Shown here: piece by piece, positions 21,380 through 31,420 of the stretch
Layout of the letters: each line of letters starts with the position of its first letter
How positions within the stretch are numbered: position 1 is the first letter of the stretch
Origin: Cladosporium halotolerans
Lineage: Eukaryota
Assembly: GCF_011745625.1 (NCBI RefSeq)
Contig: NW_027191468.1
Span: 124,001-188,000, forward strand
Length of the DNA: 64,000 nucleotides
Direction: 5' to 3'
Made by a program: the position numbers and the translations under genes
Notes under the pieces: model-generated
The model's database searches: none
Told to the model about the DNA's origin: nothing
The model's input: the letters and a program-made list of their open reading frames with translations, nothing else

Positions 21380-22602
21380 TTAGTATTCCGGCTGATGTGC
21401 GACGGAATAGCCAGCGAAATCTGTGGCGCCTTCGGACGAGGGGTCCATGGGGTTACCGAGAGCGCCGTGATTGGAGCCGTCGAAAGCGACGCCTTCTTCC
21501 CCGGCAGCGCCGGGCTGACCTGGGCGTTGGTGTTCGCCTCTAGCGACGAGGTTCTTTAAAAGTCAGCGACTGAAGTCGGGCTTTGGTCCTAACTGTTTAG
21601 GCTCACCTCTCTGTACCTAGCGAGGTAGATCTTCAGCGCTTCGCCATAGTTTTCGAACCCGAGAGATGTCATGGCGAAGAGGATGTCCTCGCCGTTGACG
21701 GTCTTGCGTTTTTCTTGATGGCATTTTTCCGAGGCTGGTGGTACAAGTCAGCGCATTTGCTCAATATTGAAGTAGATCAGAAGATCCACTGGTAGGTCTC
21801 CGCCAAGTACATACCTTCACTGGTGATGAACGAGATGAATTCAGACACGCACTCTTGCATGCATTCCTTCGCCTCCTTGGCGATTTTGGCGTTTTCCGGC
21901 AGAGCCGACTTCATAATTCTCGCGACTGGAGCAAAATTTTGGATGTTAGCGTCCGTCTGCTGCAGGGATGCCGCCTTGGAGGCGTGCTTGGAGGCGCCCG
22001 AGGCGGAGCGGTGCTGTGGCGGCGAGGAGGAAGGCTGTGGAGAGGGAGAAGGCATTGCGATTCGCGCCTCGCATCGCCCGGTCGCGCGAGTCGGAGACTG
22101 CAGATGGCTGGCTTCAAACGAGGCTCTGATTCGACACAGACCGGGGAAGGACCAGATGCGCGCACTGCAGGCGTTATAAAGGCGGTGGCGAGAGCCCGAG
22201 CTGCGACATGGTCACGGCAGCGGGCCTTTGCAGGTGTCAAAGAGGACATTGGAAGCACAGAGACTTCCATGGAGGGGATTTGCCCAGGATGACGGGGTGA
22301 GAGAGCCAGTGATTTGCGAGCGGCACAAGCAAGGCACGCACCGGGTCATGTGACGGGGAGCGTCGAAAAGGGCGTAAATGGGGATGTGAGGCGTGCGATG
22401 GAAGGGAAACGGACGGGGAAGGTTACGCACCATTGGCAATGGGCAGCCATCGGTCTTGCTCCTTGACTTCAAAGTCGTAGCCCAAGTCGAGCTCGGGTCT
22501 GCTCATATCGCCAGCATCGCCCTCTTGCTGCTGAGGGACATCGTCGGCGGGGGACTGGTCCGGCTGTTCAACGTCGCCGTCGTCGCGGGGGCTTTGTGAC
22601 AT
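21380..22602 (-). CDS. HAP3: CCAAT-binding complex subunit Hap3/HapC (NF-YB; exons 22602-22431, 21925-21815, 21734-21607, 21553-21380)
   Basis: [80 protein letters not shown] is the histone-fold motif. Confidence 0.96.
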
Positions 22603-24843
22603 ATTGTATCCGGCGGGTCGCAGGCTCGGGGCCTAGCGTCAGTAGCTGAGTTGGCAATTGATTCGCTGGCAGAACACGTCACTTCCAGAGTAGGCTGACC
22701 GTCTTTGCGGCCTGGCCCGAAGCAGATGGCCTGCCGCAGAGGGCGCTGGACGCGGTGCGACGTCGTTCCCGCGCAACGATGCAGGGCGAGACGACTGCCG
22801 ACGCCAACACGCCGCCGTGAGCACGCCGACGGGGCAGCTGGACGCGGGCGGGCAAGGCGGTGAAACGAGGCGCGGCGAGGGCGGCGGTATGGCCGTCCGA
22901 GCGCAGCAGACGTCGCAGGCAGACTCCACTGCAACTGGAAGCAAAAGCACTGCGGCGATGCGCGCAGAGCACGATTGCGCCTCAGTGGCTGCGGCAGCGG
23001 TGAGCGGCGACAGGGATGCGGCACACCCACGCTGGAGAGCTAAGCTGGTCGTGCTAAAAGGCCGGACGAGTCAGTCGGGCGACGGCGGGTGAACTGCGCG
23101 CGGGCAGCAATGGGCGACGAGGCAGCTGGGCAAGGCCGCGAGAGACACAGGGCGGGCGATGCTATGCAGCGGGCGGCGCAGGTGCAGGTGCAGGTGGATG
23201 GCGGGCGGCGGATCGGGAGTCGCAAGGCCAGCGCCAAGCGGAGGTTGGGAGCGCGTCGTCGTGAAGAGGCGGGCGGGCCTCGCCAAGCGCGGCGCGGAGC
23301 AGACACCAGACGCAGGCGCACGACGGCGGCGAGCGAGCGGTATGCCTGCCCGACCAACAGCGACAACGCGCGCACTTTCACGTACCTTGGGGATGCGGCG
23401 AGGCGCCTCGTCGAGGTGCAGCTTCGACGCCACAGCAACGACGACGACAACAGCGCGGCGATGCGGCGATGGGGCGCGTCAATGGTCCGATGCGGGCAAT
23501 GGGCGCGCGCCTGGAGCGGGTGCGGAGAGGTGTGCGGACGGAGTGCGTGCAGCAGTAGCGGCGAAGGTCTAGTTCATCAGACGACAGCGATATACGGCTC
23601 GCTAGCGAATTGATGTTGCGGACGAATGACCGCGACGACGCGCCTGATGAACGACGCCGCGGCACCGCCCGATTTGCTCAGCAACGCCCGTCTCCACCGC
23701 CGTCGCTCTCACTGGCCCGAGGTCCTCGCTCTGCCATTGGTGATCTCGCACCTCACCATCACCTCGTCACTTCAATCTCCCGAAACTGGCCAACCGGGCA
23801 CGGCTTCCAGTCCTCCCGTTGGCCGGGTTCGCTCGACGGCGCCAACGCGAGCGGTATCCATATCCGTCTCTGCGTCTCGGCCCTCCGCCGCAGCGTGTCA
23901 TCCTGCAGCAGCCGGAAGAAGCCAGCTCCAAGCATGCCAGCCCGAAGTCCAACACGAGACGACCCCCGGTCACTCGAAAAGCAACTCACGAACATGACAA
24001 ATGGTACAGTATGACTCCCGCCGCAAGCTCGCCCCAAAAGCCCAGCCAATGCGCTGGCATCCTCATCGCGACATCTCTCCACGCACACGTGGTGTCTCAG
24101 CCCTGCTTCCGTCGAAAGCTTCACCACCAGTTCCACGCTCGAAAGACATGAAGTCCAGCTCGTCCACTCCCTTCGCCTCCGTACCTGACATCGTGCCCTT
24201 CGCCTCGGGACTCCAATCACCACGTCACCCGCAGCCTTCGGCCTCGTGTATTGGGCCGCCGGCCAGCGAGCTACTGCGCGTCCAGCGCATACCTGCGTCA
24301 GTTCGGGCCTTCGCGCTAGCTCGTGGGGCCAGCCCGGTGGGGGAAGGCTGTGGTTCGCTTCGGGGTGGTGTCGCGTGGTGAGTGTTTGAGGTTGAGGGGC
24401 GAGCCGGTTCGTCATCCGGGTTTCTTGTGCGAGCGTGGTGTCTGTGTCATTTGCCGCGCTGCAGGGGCGTCTGGTCATGTGACTTTTGCCTGGGCAGTGG
24501 GATGACGTGGGGGGTTTGGAGGGATGGGTTGTTGCAACGGTGCATTTCCCTTTACAGGGCACTGGAGAGAAATAGACGTCATTTCCTCGGTGCCTGACTG
24601 ACTACGTAGAGTGCTATGTTCACAGTCAACCTGGTCACAGGTCGATTACGCCACAAAGGCTTTGATCTGCTCGTTGGTCTCATCAACGTCCATGATGTCC
24701 AGCACATCTTCTTTGGTTTTGGCCTGATCTGCCATGCAAGACTTAGTCCTGCAATTGTTGGATTGACCAGTCCAGCAGATGCTATGCATCCCGCGCTCTC
24801 TCGATCTTTCTCATCCACCATAAACATCCAATCCCCCAACCCC

Positions 24844-25737
24844 TTACTGCTGCACGACCTGAATCTTATTCTTCTTCTGTAATCACAACAATCGTTAGCC
24901 GTTGCCCCCCTCCACAAGAAAAGAAAAAAAAAAAAAATTCCCGAACTCACCTTCCACTTTTCCATATCGTCCTGCTTCGTCTTGTACTGCTTCGCCAGCT
25001 CCTCGAGCACCTTGTTCATGTTCTCCGCGTTCGACTGCAGCTGCGGCAGCACGTCGCCCACCGTCCGCTCGACCAGCACGCCGTTGACCATGCGGAAGCA
25101 CTTGCGCGAGGCCGGCAGCGGAGTCAGCGTTTCGAGCACGAGCCTGTGGGTGGAGAAGGGGTTGGTTAGTGCGGGATGCGGTTTGGGTTTGCCTTGCTTT
25201 TGCTCAAAGGCTTTTTGGTTTTTCTGGGGTGGATGGGTTGAGGGTGGGATGCGGTCGGGGTGGCGTGGGGAGTGGTATCCCTGCTGTTAGGCTGGTGGGT
25301 GATATGGAGGGGCTGAGGGTTGGAAGGTTTGTTTTGCGTGGCCAGGTTGAGCTTGCAAATAGATGGCGACGCTTTTCTGGCGGTGACTCGAAATTAAAGC
25401 GTGTTTGTCGTGGCATGATCTCCTGCTGAGGACTTTGGGTGGCGGTGACGGACCGCCTTTTGGCATAGGCCGGGATCCTGTGTTGCGAAGTGGGGGGTAC
25501 ACTTTCGGAAAAAAAGAATAGAATCCTATTCGAAGGGAAGAAGCTGACACATACTTGTGCTCGTCGACTTCTTGCTCGACATTGCCGATCTGCGAGGCGA
25601 TGTTCTGGAGTGTGTCTTTGAAGTTGGAATACTGCATTTGCAGCTCTGAGGCGAAACGTCAGCATTTGTCTAATAAGATGGAAGTGGATGCATATTTTAC
25701 CCTGCTGCTTCTTCGCAGAAACCTGTTGTTGCGCCAT
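24844..25737 (-). CDS. GIM4: Prefoldin subunit 2 (exons 25737-25701, 25645-25555, 25143-24951, 24876-24844)
   Basis: LQNIASQIGNVEQEVDEHK|LVLETL...RKCFRMVNGVLVERTVGDVLP...WK|KKNKIQVVQQ; three canonical introns. Confidence 0.93.
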
Positions 25738-26011
25738 GTTGGTCGCTACGCTTGTCCCAAAATGTTTCAATCGAGTAAGTCCCGTGATCGCACAGTGCTT
25801 CGCCAGGTCCAGCAGTCCCACCACTTGTTTCCGTGCTCTGTGAATTGGAACTTCAAAGCCCGGTGGTCGGCGGACCCTGCAGACGCCGGGCGACGCCACG
25901 TGATGATCGTCCGTCTGGACTTCTTGCTTCAATAATTAATTCCCCATTCGCTCGTTACCTTGCAACAGCCTGACCTACCTGCGCCTACCTCTGCCATAGC
26001 TGTCGCCCATC

Positions 26012-26323
26012 ATGCATCCTCACTTGCACACAAAAGACAACGTCGGTGCGTCTCAAGCCTCACTGCGGCTTTCATTCCCTCCCAGTCCATGACGCTAACG
26101 ACTTCCCACTCCAGGCTGCGAAGAAATCATGACGGCGCTGGACGAATGCCACGCGCGCGGTTTCATGTGGAAAGCGATGGGCATGTGCACGAACCTCAAG
26201 CACGATGTCAACATGTGCTTGCGCGCGGCGAGGCTGGAGAGGACGGCGAAGAACCGCGAGCTGGCGAAACAGAAGAAGGAGAGGGTGAATGCGCGCTGGG
26301 CGGAGATTGATGAGAACAGCTGA
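26012..26323 (+). CDS. CMC2: Mitochondrial COX assembly twin-CX9C protein (exons 26012-26045, 26115-26323)
   Basis: MHPHL N-terminus with C-EEIMTALDE-C and C-TNLKHDVNM-C twin CX9C; divergent from GIM4 across 274 bp. Confidence 0.88.
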
Positions 26324-27787
26324 ATGGAGCTGGAGTCGAGGATGTGAAAGGATCAAGATATGGATTGGACGGAATGCTGCTTCAAAGAACGCAGTAAGAA
26401 CGCTCGGCGCATGCGATGCGCCGCAAGGGAGCCTGCCACGGACGGAGCTTGAACATGCCGCCGCTGGGAGTATGGCAGCATTGTGCGAGTGTGGTTGGAC
26501 TCCCGCCCATGAACTATGGCAAGACTTGTGCGGGGGTCTCTGCTCCGAGATGGAGGTACATCTCGACGCGCTGGATGCGCGCAGCTCACTTCAGGAATTC
26601 CGCCCTTGGGGATGTGCGCCACATAAGCAGACTTTACGACGTGGATTCGACAGGCTCCTGATACGTCTTCTTGTACAAGACCACCCCGTCTTGAACCAAC
26701 GGGAAAGACCTGGGCAGAGAGAGTGGTGGGGATCGCACTTAGGTAGTGACGCAGATCATGAATCGCATCTCAACTCAATTCCCCCAGATCAGATACCCAG
26801 TTGGGAGTATGGAGCGGATTGTAGCAGCTACAGCACCCTCTTCCCACCGAGAGAGCGACCTTGCCTGTTCGCTTGCGAATGGCTCAGCGCACTTGCCTGA
26901 CGCGCGATGATTGACGCGAGTGCAGCGCCTGTGTTGTGATGTGGTGCATCAATCCTGTTTGTCGATGAGAGTGGCTTGAAGAGCCTCTTTCACTGGTCAC
27001 CAAAGAAGCGAAGAAATGCGGCTACGTTACTCTCTGAATCCTTACGATTATAGCCTTCGCGGCCAGCCTTCAAAGATTAAGGCGAGATTCAAGTACTGGG
27101 TTGGCGTCTTGAGAATGCTTCGGAGGAAAGCTGAGCTGGGCCCAAAGTTGCATTGAATTGCCCTTTGCTGATGCAGCAGTCTTCAATCTGTGTTGTGTTG
27201 ACAATGGGAGGGACTACAGAGACGAGGATGCTTACGATGCATGCGAAGACCGGGCTTTGTTGGTATTGACGTTTACTTACATGCGTATCTCGAGGAACCT
27301 AGAGGACATTGAATGGCAGGAGCACAGGAACGGTAGTGATATGGTGCATCCGAAGCCTGATTTTTGTCTGCATTCGTGGTAGCTCACTAGCCTTGACTAC
27401 CAATGAACCACCCTTGAGTTTCCACTCAATACTGTCCAACGCTCACAATTGCGTGAGCACGTATCTCTCGTGCTTCTGTTCGATATAGCACTGTGGTCCT
27501 GTCTTCTTCCAACTTCGTCAGAACTGGCAGTGAAAACCTCTCCCTCAAAGACTCTTGGCCAAGCTCATGCTTGAGGTATCCTTCTCTGAGGCACATTATC
27601 TGTGCCTGGAGGTCCTTTGAGACAACTTAGTCAAGGCTGTCCTGGACCGCGCCTGTGTGCCTCTTGCTAAACACGCTCGTGCAAGACGGGCAGGCTTCCA
27701 CCTCGCAAGCTCATGTGGGTGTGAATTGCTTCGTAAAAGAAGCTGTGCGTAACATGTTGCCCTCGTCAAAAGAGCAGCCAGATTCGC

Positions 27788-28996
27788 TCACGCAATCTTC
27801 CTTCCGACGTTGCCAACGCCCTTGCCAACAACGCTGACCATGACCTCGCCCTCCTCGTCACCATCCTTCAAACCCCATCCAGCCATGCCAAACGTGCGCA
27901 GATCCCTCGCCAGCTGCACAATATTCTCCGAAGCCAGCACATCTCTGCCAATAGAGATCCTGCCCACGTCCTCGCTGCCCATAGCCATGAGCGTCAGCAC
28001 TGTCGAAGCCGCAACCTCACTAACGCATCCTCCCTGCTCAATAGCCTCTAGCAGCTGGAACGCACACTTTCGGCCCAGCTCCTCCGGTGTTACGCCTCCT
28101 TGCGGCGGACTCGCCGTGTCGGCCGAATACATGACATAGCTGTTCGTCTCCGCGACCAAGCTCAGTCCAAAACCCAACCCCGTCTTGACCTTCGCATTCG
28201 GGTTTCCCTTCTCCGGCGCCGGCACAAGTGGTGCGCCGCTCATGTCGGAGAAAATGTACGTGTCCGGCACGAATTCGTTCAGCACGCCTCTCGCCGCCTC
28301 GATGATCCTCGCATTGTTCGCGCCTGCCACGCCCGTCGCATAGGCCACACCGCGGATCTTCTTCACGCTGCCCGCACTCATCAGGTGCACCGTCTTCGGC
28401 AACCGCACCTGCTGCCCGAACACCAGCTGGACCTCTCCGCCTCCTCCCTTCCCTCCACGGCCGGGGTTCGAGCGCTTGAGCACCCGCACCTCAATCTCGC
28501 GCTCAATCCCAAAGCTCTTAAAAACCGGCAGCACAGCCGTGCGGACCGTATCGACGCTGACATCGCCGTGCTCCGTCGCACTCGTGATAACGCCGGGTCC
28601 CTTAAACAGCACATTCACCTGCGCCTTCGCAAACGGCGCGAGCAGACACAGCGGGATCAGAAAGTAGCTCAGGCCCCTCGTGTTGTCCGCCGGCAGCTCG
28701 TGCGTGACGACACCGCCCGCGGCGCCGTAGCCCGCCGCGGAGCCCGCGATCAGGCCGGGCTTGTAGGCGACGGTGGTGCCGGTGTAGGAGAACTCGATCT
28801 GCGAGCCGTTGGTGATGGCGTCGAGGAGGCGGAGCAGCGATACCTCGTGCGGGGCGAGGCCGGGGGCGGTGTGAGAGGAGGCGCGGATCTGCGAGATGCG
28901 GACGGTGCGGCCGGTGAGGGTTGCGAGGACGAGGCGTTGCGCGAGGTGCTTCGAGCCTGTGAATTTGAGGGCTGGAGGGCCGGTTGGGGCGGCCAT
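27788..28996 (-). CDS. RCL1: RNA 3'-terminal phosphate cyclase-like protein (18S rRNA biogenesis)
   Basis: RLVLATLTGRTVRISQIR, PGLAPHEVSLLRLL, TNGS.IEFSYTGT, GGGEV, GFGLSLVAET and GSEDVGR motifs; ends G.GVGNVGRKIA. Confidence 0.95.
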   Translation of the reverse strand: MAAPTGPPALKFTGSKHLAQRLVLATLTGRTVRISQIRASSHTAPGLAPHEVSLLRLLDAITNGSQIEFSYTGTTVAYKPGLIAGSAAGYGAAGGVVTHELPADNTRGLSYFLIPLCLLAPFAKAQVNVLFKGPGVITSATEHGDVSVDTVRTAVLPVFKSFGIEREIEVRVLKRSNPGRGGKGGGGEVQLVFGQQVRLPKTVHLMSAGSVKKIRGVAYATGVAGANNARIIEAARGVLNEFVPDTYIFSDMSGAPLVPAPEKGNPNAKVKTGLGFGLSLVAETNSYVMYSADTASPPQGGVTPEELGRKCAFQLLEAIEQGGCVSEVAASTVLTLMAMGSEDVGRISIGRDVLASENIVQLARDLRTFGMAGWGLKDGDEEGEVMVSVVGKGVGNVGRKIA

Positions 28997-29455
28997 GGTT
29001 GTGTGTATGCTGACGGTTGGCGGGGAGGTGTCGTAGCCAGAGGAATTATGTCTTATTCCAGTAATTGTGCCGTAGAAGTATTATTAGTGAGGTCCTCGGC
29101 CCGCAAGAACGCAGCGCATCGGAAATGGTGGAAGTAGTGGTCTTCGGGGATCTTCAAGAAAGTCGCAAACTTCACGCTGTACCCCAGAAAAATCTCAAAA
29201 GCTTCCCGCGCTGCGAGACACCGAGCCGAGGAAGGCACGTGAAAGGCCGTCAACAAACCAGCGAATAAGCTTATATTTACTGCAAGTGTTCACTTCCGCA
29301 CACTGCAGCTTGCTGAACAACACGAACAGCAAGGGACACGCCATCACGTCCGCACACTGCAAATCTCAAGACGCGCTTGCCACGCCGTCCAAGAGAACAG
29401 ACTCGCATCTCCAGTGGAAGATTCGTGCCTACTATATGAAGTCGACGAGCACTCT

Positions 29456-30110
29456 CGTCATCGTCGCACGCAACTGCCACTTGCTTGCAGAGAAAACTCT
29501 TACCAGGACACTGAGTTCAGTGAGCGCTCACGCCGGCATCACCAAGCAATTGCCACTTGCTTGCAAGGATTACCATCGCAGGACATCGATGAAGTTGATG
29601 AACGTTCTCATCATCGTCGGATACAACTTCACCTTGCTCGGGAAGGCAACAAAATATGACTGCCCTCGGCGGCATCGCAAGCAACTGCCACTTGCTCGCG
29701 AAGATCACAACTCCAGAACACTGATGAAGTCCATGACCGCTGTTGTCATCGTCTCCCGCAACTGCCACTTGCTCGCGAAGACAATGACATAAGGTCACCG
29801 AGACCGCTGAAAGTCTTTTCGGCGTCGCAAGCAACTGCCTCTTGCTCACGACAGCTGCAATCTCAGGACACCTGTGAACATTAGATCGACGATAGACCTG
29901 GTCAGCGTCGCATGCAACCACCGCTTGCTCGCGACAGTCGCAATATCCGAACGTGACTGGATGATGAAGTCTTGGTTATCACCGCATGCAACTGCCACTT
30001 GCTCAGCGACGATGACCAAGACCTTTCTTCATCATTCGACCAGGACATCTACGAACCTTTGGTCGACGAACATACTCGCTGGGATCGCATGCAACTCCCA
30101 CATGGTAGCG
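29456..30110. repeat. Degenerate array of nine ~30-bp palindromic repeats (core CAACTGCCACTTGCT) with variable spacers
   Basis: Core starts at 29471, 29547, 29624, 29682, 29759, 29832, 29915, 29989 and 30092. Spacings are 76, 77, 58, 77, 73, 83, 74 and 103. Confidence 0.85.
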
Positions 30111-30577
30111 TATCGCGGGCATGCTCCCGATTGCGTCTTAGGTAGTGACAGCCAACGGCCAACAACCCAAAGACTCCCTCGGCTCACAACTCCATCACCG
30201 GACCGATTGGTGAAGCAAAGGGTTTGTCATTCTGAGCTAGCTTTTCTGGCCGGAAGAAAGGAAATTTTTTCAATGCAGGATCTTCTGCCTGCCTTCGCCA
30301 TCCGCAACTGTCGGGTATCTCGAGAAGACGCTTCTGAAACTCAGCTCGCTCCGAGTGTCCTTCCGTGGGAGCAGCCAGACTCTCCGCAAATCATGAATTA
30401 AAAGCAACGCACACGCAATCATTTGTATCCCTCGGTCTTGATGGCTGTCTAGCTGCCCTCGCGGGCAACCAGACATCTCCCTTGCGAGGGATGTTGGCGA
30501 CTTGTAGAGGAAAGCCAGTGTAACCGGTCGAGTTGACGGTCGGGTTGGGTTGATGAGGGTAGGAGCTCTGTCGCTCT

Positions 30578-31420
30578 TTACCAGCCACCGCCGCCCTGCT
30601 GGCCCTGGTAGCCGCCCTGCTGGCCGTAGCCGCCCTGGCCTGGAATGTGTCAGCTGGCTGTCCCGTGCAGGCGTTGGTCGAACGAGAAGATCGTATGATG
30701 CTCACCCTGGTAGCCTCCAGTAGTAGTGCCACGCCAATCGTTGGAGCCGCCATAGCCTGTAAGTGGAGTTTAGTATCCGTGTCGCGGAGATCAAGATGAT
30801 GAGGACCATCTTACCGCCGCCCTGCTGGTAACCACCGCCACCGTTGTAGCCGCCCTGGGACTCATAGCCGCCCTGGCCATAGCCGCCGCCGTAACCACCG
30901 CGGCCGCGACCAGAGAATCCGCCTTGGACAGTATCAGTGCCTGTTGTTCGCTCAAGTAAATTTTTGAACATACCACGAGAGCCGCCGAAGCCGCCACCAC
31001 CGCCGGTGCGCTCGGATGCCTTGTCGACGCGAATGGTGCGACCGTCGAACCTAGTAGATGAGCAAGTCAGCAGTGAAGTAAGGCGACGGTGACTGAGCGC
31101 ACTCACTCGACATTGTTCATGCTCTGGATCGCGGCATCGGCCTCGGAGTCCTGAGCAAAGCGGACAAAGCCAAAACCACGGCTACGACCGGTGTCGCGGT
31201 CCTTCACGACGATCTGTACTTGTCAGCGATGCAGGTGCAATGGCGAGTGAGGGATACGCACAGCCTCCTGGACCTGGCCGAACTCCTCGAACTTGGAGCG
31301 CAGGGTCTGATCGTCGGTGTGCCAGGCGAGGCCGCTGGTGTGGTGCGTTAGCTTGCAATGAATCGTTTCGGCCGCGCCGTGTGATGGCGAGGAATCGCAC
31401 CCGATAAAAAGCTTGGACAT
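30578..31420 (-). CDS. Glycine-rich RNA-binding protein (RRM plus GGY-rich tail; exons 31420-31401, 31334-31262, 31213-31107, 31050-30974, 30922-30815, 30756-30706, 30639-30578)
   Basis: RNP2 KLFIGGLAW, RNP1 [10 protein letters not shown] and [10 protein letters not shown], followed by GGY/QG repeats; six canonical introns keep frame. Confidence 0.94.

Noticed and set aside
22603..24600. GC-rich ORF-dense stretch upstream of HAP3
   Set aside because: Arg/Ala/Pro-rich translations in all frames fit a GC-rich promoter or 5' UTR; no supported gene.
26400..27780. Possible decayed gene between CMC2 and RCL1
   Set aside because: Fragments look vaguely coding but are broken by stops and I cannot name a family; a TBLASTX search would be needed.
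29456..30110. Calling the repeat array a bona fide CRISPR
   Set aside because: Eukaryotic context, no cas genes, degenerate repeats, and spacers unequal and partly related to each other; kept as a repeat finding.
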